Shown: positions 9,010-19,654 of the stretch, piece after piece
How the letters are laid out: every line of letters begins with the position of its first letter
Position numbering within the stretch: the stretch's first letter is position 1
Assembly (NCBI GenBank): GCA_020638555.1
Contig: JACKII010000001.1
Coordinates: 1,287,829-1,351,828 of the forward strand
Reading direction: 5' to 3'
Source of the DNA: Alphaproteobacteria bacterium
Lineage (GTDB): Bacteria; Pseudomonadota; Alphaproteobacteria; Bin95
Length of the DNA: 64,000 nucleotides
The notes under the pieces: model-generated
Database searches by the model: none
The model's input: only the letters and a program-made list of their open reading frames with translations
What the model was told of the DNA's origin: nothing
Program-made: the position numbers and the translations under genes

Positions 9010-10185
9010 TTACAGGTCCGGGGCGAGCGGCACGTCGACGGAGCCGTCGAGATATTTCACCGGGCCGTTCGCGTTCGGCATCAGGTCCCATTCGAAGATG
9101 TCGGTCGGCAGCCAGAGCGTGGCGCAGGCGTTGGGAATGTCGACCACGCCCGAGATATGCCCTTGGCACGGCGCGGTGCCGAGAATGGCATAGGCCTGGG
9201 CGCCGGAATAGCCGAACTTCTTCAGATACTCGATGGCATTCAGGCAGGCTTGGCGATAGGCGACGTGGACGTCCAGATAGTGTTGGGTGCCGCTTTCGTC
9301 GACGGAAATGCCTTCGAAGATCAGGAAATCGTCGTATTTCGGCGTGATCGGCGACGGTTTGAAGATCGGGTTCTTCACGCCGTATTTGGCCATGCCGTCC
9401 TTGATCAGGTCCACCTTCAGGTGCAGCCAGCCGGCCATTTCGATGGCGCCGCAAAACGTGATCTCGCCGTCGCCCTGGCTGAAATGCAGATCGCCCATGG
9501 AGAGGCCGGCGCCGTCGACATAGACCGGAAAATACACCTTGGAGCCGCGCGACAGGTCCTTGATATCGCAGTTGCCGCCATGCTCGCGCGGCGGCACGGT
9601 GCGCGCGCCCTCGGCGGCGGCCGCCGCCTTGGCGTCGCCCTTGAGGCGGCCCATATGCGCGGTCGGGCCGCCGTCGGGCAGGGCGGCGAGCGGCGGCACG
9701 CGGCCTGGGTCGGTGTCGAACAGCGCCTTTTCGCGCGCGTTCCACAGGTCGAGCATTTTGCGATCCGGCAGGCAGCCGATCAGGCCCGGATGGATCAGGC
9801 CGGCATATTTCACGCCCGGCACGTGGCGCGAGGTGGTGAACATGCCGTGGAAATCCCAGATCGACTTCTGCGCCAGCGGAAAATGCTCGGTCAGGAAGCC
9901 GCCGCCGTTCTGCTTCGAAAAGAAACCGTTGAAGCCCCAAAGGCTCTCGTCCTTGGCGCCGATGTCCAGGATTTCGACCACCAACAGGTCGCCCGGCTTG
10001 GCGCCCTTCACGCCGATCGGGCCGGAGAGATAGTGCACCTGCTCCAATTCCACGTCGCGGACGTCGGCCGCATCGTCGTTGTTGGCGATCTGGCCGCCGG
10101 TCCAGTCGTAGGTTTCGACCTTGAAATCATCGCCCGGCGCGACCCAGACGCCGATCGGGATGTCCGGGTGCCAGCGATTGTGCAC
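9010..10185 (-). CDS. fmdA: formamidase (acetamidase/formamidase family); the N-terminal ~25 codons lie in another frame
   Basis: HNRWHPDIP...GGNCDIKDL...FSQGDGE motifs of the FmdA_AmdA family; the conserved leader TPIIEVNLSE is encoded just upstream in a different frame (about 10190-10240). Confidence 0.85.
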   Translation of the reverse strand: MHNRWHPDIPIGVWVAPGDDFKVETYDWTGGQIANNDDAADVRDVELEQVHYLSGPIGVKGAKPGDLLVVEILDIGAKDESLWGFNGFFSKQNGGGFLTEHFPLAQKSIWDFHGMFTTSRHVPGVKYAGLIHPGLIGCLPDRKMLDLWNAREKALFDTDPGRVPPLAALPDGGPTAHMGRLKGDAKAAAAAEGARTVPPREHGGNCDIKDLSRGSKVYFPVYVDGAGLSMGDLHFSQGDGEITFCGAIEMAGWLHLKVDLIKDGMAKYGVKNPIFKPSPITPKYDDFLIFEGISVDESGTQHYLDVHVAYRQACLNAIEYLKKFGYSGAQAYAILGTAPCQGHISGVVDIPNACATLWLPTDIFEWDLMPNANGPVKYLDGSVDVPLAPDL

Positions 10186-10293
10186 ATTCTCGTTGGTGTG
10201 CGGGTTTCGCTCAGATTGACTTCAATGATCGGCGTGTCAGTCTGGCTCCCTTTCGGCCGGTGCTGGCTTTTGCGCGGGGATTTGCGGGAAGGG

Positions 10294-10989
10294 TCAGACG
10301 GACAGGAAGCGGGAGACCTTGCGCCTCGTCGATGCGGCGCGCGCGGCGCTTCGTGCACGAATTCGCCGTTTTCGATCACGAGCACGCGGTCGGCGACGTC
10401 GAGCGCGAAGCGCAGCACCTGCTCCGAGACGACGATCGGCGAGGCCGCGCTGGTCGCGGATGCGCTTCAAGGTGCGCGCCATTTCCTTGATGATCGACGG
10501 CTGGATGCCCTCGGTCGGCTCGTCGAGCAGCAACACCTTGGGGTCGGACGCCAGCGCGCGCGGCGATGGCGAGCTGCTGCTGCTGGCCGCCGAGAGATTG
10601 CCGCCGCGGCGGGACTTCATCTCCAGCAGCACCGGGAACAGCTCGTAGATGCTCCTCGGGCTGACCGCGGACTTGCCGGTGGCGGTCAGGCCGGTCTCCA
10701 CATTCTCCTGCACCGTCATGGTGGAGAAGATTTGCCGGCCCTGGGGCACATAGGCGATGCCGTTGGCGACGCGCTGATAGGGCTTCAGCCGGGTGACCTC
10801 GGTGCCGTCGACGCTGACCGCGCCGGTCTTGGCCGGGACGATGCCGATCAGGGTTTTCATCAGCGTGGTCTTGCCCATGCCGTTGCGGCCCATGATGGCG
10901 ACGATCTCGCCCGGCTCCACCTGGAAGTCGAGGCCGTGCAGCACCTCGGATTCGCCATAGGCCGCGCGCAGGTTGGCGATGGAAAGCAT
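10294..10989 (-). CDS. urea/amide-type ABC transporter ATP-binding protein (UrtE-like), with local frameshifts
   Basis: Walker A GRNGMGKTT; DEPTEGIQPSII; the signature LSGGQQQQLAIARA is readable only in a shifted frame (read as LSAASSSSSPSPRA); the C-terminal ~40 aa (LRFALDVADRVLVIENGEFV) are in another frame. Confidence 0.65.
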   Translation of the reverse strand: MLSIANLRAAYGESEVLHGLDFQVEPGEIVAIMGRNGMGKTTLMKTLIGIVPAKTGAVSVDGTEVTRLKPYQRVANGIAYVPQGRQIFSTMTVQENVETGLTATGKSAVSPRSIYELFPVLLEMKSRRGGNLSAASSSSSPSPRALASDPKVLLLDEPTEGIQPSIIKEMARTLKRIRDQRGLADRRLGAGAALRARRRRPRARDRKRRIRARSAARAASTRRKVSRFLSV

Positions 10990-11000
10990 GGCGGTCTCCT

Positions 11001-11747
11001 TTAGTGTCCCAGATAGACTTCGACGACCTTCGGGTCGGCCTGCACGTGCTCCATCGAGCCCTCGGACAGCACCTTGCCCTGATGCAGAACGGTGACGCGG
11101 GTGGCGATGTCCTCGGCGAACTTCATGTCATGCTCGATCACGATCACCGAGCGGTCGCGGACAATGCGCTGTAGCAACTCCGCGGTCTTGACCCGCTCGG
11201 CCACCGACATGCCGGCCACCGGCTCGTCTAGCATCAGCAATTGCGGGTCCTGGATCAGCAACATGCCGATTTCGAGCCATTGCTTCTGGCCATGGCTGAG
11301 AAAAGCGGCCTTTTCGTTCAGGGCGCTGTCCAGGAAGATGGTCTCGGCCACCTCGCGGATGCGCTCGATCACCGCCGCGTCGCGCTGGAAGAACAGCGCG
11401 CCGAAGACGCCGTGGCCCTTGGGGTATGAAATCTCCAGGTTTTCGAACACGGTCAGGTCCTCATAGACCGACGGCGTCTGGAATTTGCGGCCGACGCCGG
11501 CATGGACGATCTGGTCCTCGCGCAGGGTCAGCAATTCCTGGCCCTTGAACTTGACCGAGCCGGCGGTGGCCTTGGTGCGGCCGCAGATCAGGTCCAGAAC
11601 CGTGGTCTTGCCCGCACCGTTCGGGCCGATGATGACCCGGCACTCGTTCGGGTCGATATAGAGGCTGAGATCGTCCACCGCCTTGAAGCCGTCGAACGAG
11701 ACCGTGAGCCCTTCCACCGCCAGCAGGAATTCGGATGCGTCTGCCAT
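11001..11747 (-). CDS. urea/amide-type ABC transporter ATP-binding protein (UrtD-like)
   Basis: 248 aa; Walker A GPNGAGKTT; LSHGQKQWLEIGMLL; LLMLDEP. Confidence 0.85.
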   Translation of the reverse strand: MADASEFLLAVEGLTVSFDGFKAVDDLSLYIDPNECRVIIGPNGAGKTTVLDLICGRTKATAGSVKFKGQELLTLREDQIVHAGVGRKFQTPSVYEDLTVFENLEISYPKGHGVFGALFFQRDAAVIERIREVAETIFLDSALNEKAAFLSHGQKQWLEIGMLLIQDPQLLMLDEPVAGMSVAERVKTAELLQRIVRDRSVIVIEHDMKFAEDIATRVTVLHQGKVLSEGSMEHVQADPKVVEVYLGH

Positions 11748-11759
11748 GGGAACTCCCTC

Positions 11760-12893
11760 CTACTCGGCCGGCGCGCGGACGGTGGGCGCGGACGCCTTGT
11801 CGGCGGCGCGTTGCGGCAGCAGCTTGCGCAGATTGGGGGCGATATACTGGTCGTAGATGCCGGCCAGGCCGTTCGGGAACACCAGCACCACGGCGATGAA
11901 CAACCCGCCGAGGCCCAGGAGCCAGATTTCGGGAAAACTCTCGGAGAAGGTGGTCTTGGCCCAGTTCACCAGCAGCGCGCCATAGACCGCGCCGAAGATC
12001 GAAAGCCGTCCACCGACGGCGCAGAAGATCACCATCTCGATCGAGGGCACGATGCCGACGAAGCTCGGCGACATGAAGCCGACCTGCAACGTGAACATCG
12101 CCCCGCCGATGGCGGCGAAGGCGGCGCCGACGCAGAAGACGAAGATCTTGAAATTGGCCACGTCATAGCCGGAAAAGCGCACCCGGTCCTCCTGGTCGCG
12201 CATGGCGATCAGGATGCGGCCCAGCTTCGACTTGGCGATGAAGTGGGCGGCGAACAGGCAGGCGAACAGCAGCGCGCCGTTGACGAAATAGAGGACGGTC
12301 TTGGCCTCGTCCGTGCGGATGTCCCAGCCTTGCAGCGTGCGCAGGTCGGTGATGCCGTTGACGCCGCCGGTATAGCCCTGCTGGCCGATGATCAGGATGG
12401 TGAGGATCGCGGCCACGGCCTGGGTGATGATGGCGAAATAGACGCCGCCCACCCGCCGCTTGAACATGGCGACGCCGATGACGAAGGCGAAGAGGGTCGG
12501 CACGGCCACGACCGCGAACAGGGTGAAGTGCAGGCTGTAGAAGGGCTGCCACCAGGACGGCAAGGCCGTGAGCTGGTTCCAGTCCATGAAGTCGGGGATG
12601 CCCGGCGTGGACTGGATCTTGGTGGCCTCGGGCGTGGAGGCTTCCAGCTTCAGGAACATGGCCATGCAATAGCCGCCCAGGCCGAAGAAAATGCCCTGGC
12701 CCAGGCTCAGAATGCCGCCCGCGCCCCAGCACAGCACCAGGCCGACCGCGACGAAGGCATAGGTCAGGTACTTGCCGAACAGGTTGAGGCGGAAGGAGTC
12801 GAGGGCGGCCGGCAGCACCAGGAAAATGACGGCGGCGAGGACGGCGAAGCCGACCATCTCCGACAGGGTGAAATAGCGGTTGCGCGCAAGCAT
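11760..12893 (-). CDS. urea/amide-type ABC transporter permease (UrtC-like)
   Basis: 377 aa multi-TM branched-chain-type permease with long N-terminal extension, typical of UrtC. Confidence 0.8.
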   Translation of the reverse strand: MLARNRYFTLSEMVGFAVLAAVIFLVLPAALDSFRLNLFGKYLTYAFVAVGLVLCWGAGGILSLGQGIFFGLGGYCMAMFLKLEASTPEATKIQSTPGIPDFMDWNQLTALPSWWQPFYSLHFTLFAVVAVPTLFAFVIGVAMFKRRVGGVYFAIITQAVAAILTILIIGQQGYTGGVNGITDLRTLQGWDIRTDEAKTVLYFVNGALLFACLFAAHFIAKSKLGRILIAMRDQEDRVRFSGYDVANFKIFVFCVGAAFAAIGGAMFTLQVGFMSPSFVGIVPSIEMVIFCAVGGRLSIFGAVYGALLVNWAKTTFSESFPEIWLLGLGGLFIAVVLVFPNGLAGIYDQYIAPNLRKLLPQRAADKASAPTVRAPAE

Positions 12894-12906
12894 GACGGTC
12901 TTTCCC

Positions 12907-13749
12907 CTATTTCCGCAGCTTCAGGGCGAACAGGCCCTGCGGGCGCAGCATCAGAATGCCGACCACCGTCATCAGCGTGAGCACCTTGGCCATGGAGCCG
13001 GACAGGAAGAACTCCATGATCGATTGCGCCTGGCTGATGGAAAACGCCGAGGCGATGGTGCCGAGCAGGCTGGCCGCGCCGCCGAACACCACCACCAGGA
13101 AGGTGTCGACGATATAGAGCTGGCCCGCCGTCGGCCCGGTCGAGCCGATCATGGTGAAGGCCGCGCCGGCGACCCCGGCGACGCCGCAGCCGATGCCGAA
13201 GGTCAGGCGGTCCGTGCGTTCGGTGTTGATGCCGACCGCGCCCGCCATGGTCCGGTTCTGGGTGACGGCGCGGACCTGCTTGCCCCAGCCGGAGCGGAAC
13301 AGCAGGAAATAGACCGCCAGCGAAATGCCCAGCGCCAGCATCATCACGAACAGGCCGTTGATCGGCACCTCGATCAGGTCGGTCACCTGGAGCGCGCCCA
13401 TCATCCAGTCGGGAATGGTGACGCCCACCTCGCGCGCGCCGAACACCGAGCGATAGACCTGTTGCAGGATCAGGCTGAGGCCCCAGGTGGCCAGCAGCGT
13501 ATCCAGCGGCCGTTTGTAGAGGTGGCGGATCAGCGCCCACTCCACCAGCATTCCCAGCCCGCCGGAGACGAAGAAGGCCGCAATCATCGCGATGAAGAAA
13601 TAGATGCCGAACAGGCCCGGCAGGTAATCGGCGAAGACGTGCGACAGCAGGTAGGTGACATAGGCGCCCAGGATCATGAATTCGCCGTGGGCCATGTTGA
13701 TGACGCCCATCTGGCCGAAGATGATCGCCAGGCCGAGCGCCATCAACAC
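12907..13749 (-). CDS. urea/amide-type ABC transporter permease (UrtB-like); N-terminus appears frameshifted up to about 13831
   Basis: LAIIFGQMGVINMAHGEF...; the upstream conserved MFADYSIGE.. and ..FAMQGFAGLILFFGL segments lie in two other frames. Confidence 0.75.
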   Translation of the reverse strand: MLMALGLAIIFGQMGVINMAHGEFMILGAYVTYLLSHVFADYLPGLFGIYFFIAMIAAFFVSGGLGMLVEWALIRHLYKRPLDTLLATWGLSLILQQVYRSVFGAREVGVTIPDWMMGALQVTDLIEVPINGLFVMMLALGISLAVYFLLFRSGWGKQVRAVTQNRTMAGAVGINTERTDRLTFGIGCGVAGVAGAAFTMIGSTGPTAGQLYIVDTFLVVVFGGAASLLGTIASAFSISQAQSIMEFFLSGSMAKVLTLMTVVGILMLRPQGLFALKLRK

Positions 13750-13936
13750 AAAGACCGAAAAACAGGATCAGGCCCGCAAAGCCCTGCATCGCAAAGATGG
13801 CGCCAATTCGCCAATCGAATAGTCGGCGAACATGGGATTCCGTTCTCCGTCGGCGGCCCGGACGCCGCCCGCGTCGCGGGCGCGCGACGCCGGCGGTCCC
13901 GGTCGCGGAGTGCTGTGCGCGGCGGGGGGCAGAGGC

Positions 13937-15212
13937 TTACTGGTAGCCCTCCGGGAACGGATCGGGCTCGACCAGGTCGGCGGTCTCGTACACCACCTCG
14001 TACTGGCCGTCGCTGCGGGCCTTGCCGACGCGCGTCTTGGACCAGAGGTGATGGTTTTCGTGGATGCGGACGTAAGCCTTCCGGCGCCTTGGTGAACTCG
14101 ATGCCCGGCGACGCCGCCGCGATCTTGTCGATATCGAAGGAGGCCGGCCTTTTCCGACCGCCATTTCCACAGCCACGGCCCGAGATAGGCGGCCTGGCGT
14201 CACGTCGCCGATCACCATGTTCTCGCCCCACATCTTCTTGAAAGGCGGCGACGAACGCGCCTTGTTGTTCGGGTTGTCCAGCGCTCTGGAAGTACTTCAT
14301 GCAGGCGCATGCGCCGACGATGTTCTCGCCGCCGATGCCGCGATTTCGTCTTCAGTCACCGAAATGGTGAGCAGCAGCGGTTTTGCTTGGTCGATCGATG
14401 CCGGCCGCCTTCAACTGCTTGTAGAAGGCGACGTTGGACCCGCCGACGACGATGGCATAGATCACGTCCGGCTTTTTCAGGCGGATCTTGTTGATGACCG
14501 AGTTGAACTGGGTGTGGCCGAGCGGATAATACTCCTCGCCCACCACTTTCAGGCCCAGCTGGCTTTCGATGTGCTTGCGCGCGATCTTGTTCGAGGTGCG
14601 CGGCCAGATATAGTCGGAGCCCAGCAGATAAAACGACTTGGCGCCCTTGGTCTCGGCCACCCAGTTCAGGCCGGCAATGATCTGCTGCGTCGCCTCCTGG
14701 CCGGTGTAGATCACGTTCGGCGACTGTTCCAGGCCCTCATAGAAGGTCGGATAGTAGAGGAAGCCGTTATACTGCTCGAATACCGGCAGCACCGCCTTGC
14801 GGCTGGCCGACGTCCAGCAGCCCATGACCGAGGCAACCTTGTCGTTGACCAGCAGCTTCTTCGCCTTTTCGGCGAAGGTCGGCCAGTCGGAGGCGCCGTC
14901 TTCCTGGATGAATTCGATCTTGCGGCCCAGCACGCCGCCCATGGCGTTGATCTGCGCGATGGCCAGCTTTTCCGCCTGGACCGACCCGGTCTCGGAAATC
15001 GCCATCGTGCCGGTGATCGAGTGCAGAATGCCGACGGTCGCCGTGGTGTCGGTCACGGCCAGGCCCGTGGTGTTGACCGCCGCGGTCGGGAAGTCCGCCG
15101 CCCGCAGGAATTTCGGCGCGAACAGGCCGGCGGTCAGCGCCGCACCGCCCGCCAGGACGCTGCGGCGGCTCAGGGGGCCGAGAATGGGCGATGTGGGATC
15201 CTTGTCGGACAT
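13937..15212 (-). pseudogene. urea/amide ABC transporter substrate-binding protein (UrtA/FmdD-like), interrupted by at least five frameshifts between about 13940 and 14400
   Basis: intact N-terminus with Tat/Sec-like signal ([42 protein letters not shown]); the C-terminal conserved blocks ([77 protein letters not shown]) are distributed over three frames. Confidence 0.7.
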
Positions 15213-15276
15213 AGCGCGCTCCTTCGTTTCATGACCGGGGCGGATGAACCGCCGACTTGACGAAGGATCGATGTGA

Positions 15277-15291
15277 TGTTGCATTGCAACA
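15277..15291. promoter_or_regulatory. perfect 7-1-7 palindrome TGTTGCA-T-TGCAACA in the divergent promoter region
   Basis: lies between the urtA-like operon (minus strand) and the NCS1-domain kinase gene (plus strand). Confidence 0.4.
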
Positions 15292-15379
15292 ATGGGCAGA
15301 AATGCGTAGTGCCCTCGGCAAAAGTGCGGCTTAGCTTTCCTGCAATCCCGGCCAGGCGTCGTCTGTCCGAACACCGCGA

Positions 15380-18300
15380 TTGAGAGGCCCGATGGCCGGC
15401 GACATTTCGGTTTCCCGCTTGAGGCGCACCTATAATCAATGGGTTGCCAACGAGACGCTTGAAGATTTTGCCCTGCGTTTCACCGCGTTCCGGGCGCGGA
15501 AATGGTCGTCACTGCGCGTGGCGAACACCGCCATCGGTTCTATTTCATTCCTGGCGCTGGAGGCCATCGGTGGGGCGATGACCCTGACCTACGGCTTTAA
15601 CAACGCAGTTGCAGCAATTTTAATCGTCGGCGCCGTTTTGTTCATCACCGGGGTGCCCATCGCCTATCACTCGGCCAGGGCCGGGGTGGATATCGACCTG
15701 CTGACCCGCGGCGCCGGCTTTGGCTATCTCGGTCGACGATCACCTCGTTGGTCTATGCCAGCTTCACCTTCATCTTCTTTGCCCTCGAAGCCGCGATCCT
15801 CGGCGCAGCGCCTGGAATGTGCCTCGGATTCGCTTGCCGATCGGCCTATCTTCTCAATGCGTTGCTGGTTATTCCGCTGGTCACCCACGGCTTCGCCCGC
15901 ATCGGCGTCTTTCAGAAATGGACGCAACCGCTCTGGATCGTCTTGCAGGTGCTGCCGTTCGTGGCCCTGGCCTGGGTCGGCAGCGAGGCCCTGCCGTGGG
16001 TGCGCCACCAGGGCCTGCCGCAAGGGCAGGTGGGCGCGAGCCTGGACCCGATCATGGTTGCCGCAGCAACGGGCATCGCGTTCGCATTGATCGCGCAAAT
16101 CGGCGAGCAGGTCGACTTCCTGCGCTTTCTGCCCCAACCCGAAAACCGGCGCGAGCGGCTTTCCTGGTGGCTCGCCCTGCTGGCGGCCGGGCCGGGCTGG
16201 GCCGTGATCGGCACGCTGAAAATGCTGGCCGGCTCGATCCTGACCGTGTTGATCCTGAATGCGGACGTGCCGGTGGAAGCCGCGATCGAGCCGACCATCA
16301 TGTATCTCGCGGCCTATGAGCGGTTCCTGCCGCCGGAGGCCGCGCTCGTCTTCACCATCGGCTTTGTGATCCTGGCGCAGCTCAAGATCAACGTAACCAA
16401 CGCCTATGCCGGCTCCATCGCCTGGTCGAACTTTTTCGCCCGCGTGACCCACAGCCATCCGGGCCGCGTGGTCTGGCTCGTGTTCAATGTCGCCATCGCG
16501 CTGATGCTGATGCAGTTCGGTGTGTTCGGGGCGCTGGAGAACACGCTGGCATTCTACTCCCACGTGGCGCTGGCCTGGATCGGGGCGATCACGGCGGACC
16601 TGATGATCAACCTGCCGCTCGGATTGCGCCCCCGACGGATCGAATTCCGCCGGGCCTATCTCTTCGACATCAACCCGGTCGGTGTGGGCGCGGCGGTGCT
16701 GGCGACGGGCCTTTCCCTGGTCGCATCGCTGGGTTTTCTCGGCGGCAATGTCGCGGCGTTTTCCAGCTGGATCGCGTTCGGCACCGCCATGATCGCGGCG
16801 CCGGCGATCGCCATCGCCACGAAAGGCCGGTTCTACCTGGCCCGGACGCCGCCGCCGCAGAGCCGCGCGGGGGAGCGCACGTGCATCATCTGTGAACACA
16901 AGTTCGACGGCCAGGACATGGTCGACTGCCCGTTTCACGGCGGCGCGGTCTGCTCGCTCTGCTGCACGCTGGAATCGCAATGCGAGGATGCGTGCAAGCC
17001 GGCGGCCCGGCTGCATCGCCAGGCGGCGGTGCTGGCCGGCCGGGTGCTGCCGGCCGGGATGCAGAAAACCGTGCTGACCCGCTATGGCGCCTTCGCCCCG
17101 ATCTTCGGCGCCATGGCGTTGGTCGTCGGCGTGCTTTTGCTGATCGTCTACCAGAATTTTCGCGTGGTCTCGCCCGATGCGGCCGATGCGGTCGGGCGCG
17201 CCCTGGCCCTGTCCTTCATGATCCTGGTGATCCTGGTGGGCGTTACCGCCTGGCTCTACACGCTGTCCGAGGAAAGCCGCATTCTCGCCAATCGCGAGCG
17301 GGAGCAGCAGACGCAGCGCCTGGTGGCCGAGATCGAGGCCCACCGGCGCACGGATGCGGAATTGCAGGAAGCGAAGGAGGCGGCGGAGGCCGCCAATCGC
17401 GCCAAGAGCCGGTATCTGGTGGGCATCACGCACGAATTGCGCACGCCTCTGAACGCGATTCTCGGCTATGCGCAGTTGCTGGAAAACGACCAGACCATTC
17501 CCGAACATCGCCGCCCGAGCGTGCGCACCATCCGCCATTCCTCCGAACACCTGGCCGACCTGATCGAAGGGCTGCTCGACATTTCCAAGATCGAGGCGGG
17601 GCGGATCGACGTCTACCGGATGGAGGTCAATCTGCGCGAACTGCTCGACCAGATTTGCGCCATCTTCGCCATCGAGGCCCGGGCCAAGGGGCTGGAATTC
17701 GTGGCCGAAATCGCCCCGGACACGCCGGCCTTCGTCTTTGCCGACGAGCGCCGGCTGCGGCAGATCCTGATCAATCTGCTGGCGAACGCGGTCCGCTACA
17801 CCGACAGGGGATCGGTCCGCCTGTCGGTGTTCTTCCGCAACGACATCGCGCATATCGCCGTGTCCGATACCGGCCGCGGCATTCCCCGTGCCGACTGGGA
17901 CCGGATTTTCACGCCGTTCGAGCGCATCGTCGATCCGAACAATGTCGTCCCGGGCACGGGGCTTGGGCTGACCATCACCAAGCTGCTGGTGGAGATGCTG
18001 GGCGGCGAACTGACGTTCGAGAGCGCCGTCGGCAAGGGGTCGAGTTTCCGCGTGCGCCTGTTCCTGAACCGCAGCGGGCGTGTGGCGCCGGCCGCGCAGG
18101 TGCGGCCGCGTTGCGGCTATCTGGGGCCGCGCCGGCATATTCTGATCGTCGACGACAATCACAGTCATCGCCAGTTGCTGGCCGATGCGCTCGGCCCGCT
18201 CGGCTTCCTGCTGTCCATGGCGGAGTCGGGTGACGTGGCGCTCACCGTCGCCCGCACCAAGCCGCCGGATCTGGCCCTGATCGACGTGGCCATGCCGGGC

Positions 18301-18735
18301 ATGACAGGGGTGGAGCTGGCCGAACGCCTGCGCCACGAATGCGGGCTCAAGGCGCCGTTGATCCTGGTCTCCGCCCATGCCGGCGACCAGTTGCACGGCC
18401 TCGGCGGCAATCCCACCCATGACGGATTCATCGCCAAGCCGGTCAATATCCCGGCCTTGCTGGACCGGATCGGCGAGGCGCTCCAACTCGCCTGGACCCA
18501 TGACGCCCCCGCGCCGGCCGCCGACCTGCCGCTCTGGGCGCCCTCTGAGACGCTGGCGGCCCTGGAGGAGAAGCTGGCAATCGCCCATCTGCGCGGCTTG
18601 CAGACGCTCCTGGCCGGCATGGACGCCACCGACCCGCGCACCGGGTCCTTCCGGCATCGGGCCGCGGCGCTCGTCGAGGCGGTCGATCTGGAAGGTCTCG
18701 CTGTCCTGATAAGGGAAACCCGCCATGCCGCCTGA
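15380..18735 (+). CDS. hybrid sensor histidine kinase with an N-terminal NCS1 (purine/cytosine/allantoin permease-like) 12-TM domain, HisKA-HATPase and a C-terminal receiver; one frameshift near 15730
   Basis: ORF 15380..16090 (NCS1-like: [32 protein letters not shown]) continues in ORF 15748..18735 (more TM helices, then [13 protein letters not shown] coiled coil, H-box [15 protein letters not shown], HATPase [25 protein letters not shown]); the join GAGFGYLG / [13 protein letters not shown] needs a 1-nt indel. Confidence 0.7.
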
Positions 18736-19654
18736 GTCCCCCATGGAGCCGCGCCGGCTGGTGCTTTTGGTCGATGACAGCCCGGAGGCCCTGACGGCCC
18801 TGGTCGAGGCGCTGGAGGATGCCGCCCTGACCGCGTTGGTGGCCCGCGACGGGCTTTCCGCCCTGGCCCTGCTCGACCGGGTGCGTCCCGATTTGATCCT
18901 GATGGATGCCGCGATGCCCGGCATCGATGGGTTCGAGACCTGCCGGCGGATCAAAAAGCGGCCCGAATTCTCGCTGACGCCGATCATCTTCATGACCGGG
19001 CTGACCGAGCGCGAGCATGTGCTCGCCGGTCTGGAGGCGGGCGGGGTCGACTATGTGACCAAGCCCATCGACCAGCAGGAAATGCTGGCGCGCATCCGCA
19101 TTCACCTGACCAATGCCGGTTTCGTCCAGGATGCGCGCGCGGCATTGGATGCGGCGGGGCCGGGTGTGCTGGCCATCGCCCGCGATGGCTCGACGCAATG
19201 GCTGTCCCGCCGGGCGGAGGAGCGGCTTGGCAGCGGCCTGGAGAACGTGTCCGAGAATGGCCGCAGCACCATATCCCTCTGGTTGGCCGAGACCGCGGGG
19301 CAGCCGCTGTCCGAATGCCGGCCCTTGGATATCCGCCTTGAGGACGGCAAGCTCGCCCGTCTCCAGGTTATCGGCCGCCCGGCCAGCGGCGATACCCTGG
19401 TCGGCGTTGCCTTGCAGGAGAACAGCAAGGACAGCGAAGTGCTCAGCCGCAAGCTGGGCCTGTCGCAGCGGGAAGGGGAGGTGCTGTCCTGGCTTGCGAA
19501 AGGGAAATCGAACAAGGACATCGCCACCATCCTGCACCTGAGCCCGCGGACGGTGACCAAGCATATCGAGAAAATCCTGGAAAAACTGGGCGTGGAGAAC
19601 CGAACCTCCGCCGCGATCCTTTCCGTCAAGATATTGATGAATTCGCAAGTGTGA
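18725..19654 (+). CDS. response regulator: receiver + linker + LuxR-type HTH
   Basis: REC LVLLVDDSPEAL..D..LILMDAAMPGIDG; C-terminal LuxR HTH LSQREGEVLSWLAKGKSNKDIATILHLSPRTVTKHIEKILEKLGV; overlaps the kinase stop. Confidence 0.85.
   Translation: MPPESPMEPRRLVLLVDDSPEALTALVEALEDAALTALVARDGLSALALLDRVRPDLILMDAAMPGIDGFETCRRIKKRPEFSLTPIIFMTGLTEREHVLAGLEAGGVDYVTKPIDQQEMLARIRIHLTNAGFVQDARAALDAAGPGVLAIARDGSTQWLSRRAEERLGSGLENVSENGRSTISLWLAETAGQPLSECRPLDIRLEDGKLARLQVIGRPASGDTLVGVALQENSKDSEVLSRKLGLSQREGEVLSWLAKGKSNKDIATILHLSPRTVTKHIEKILEKLGVENRTSAAILSVKILMNSQV

Noticed and set aside
15724-18993. 1089-aa minus-strand ORF opposite the NCS1-domain kinase
   Set aside because: Antisense GC-frame artefact. 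The plus-strand product has complete HisKA, HATPase and REC motifs.
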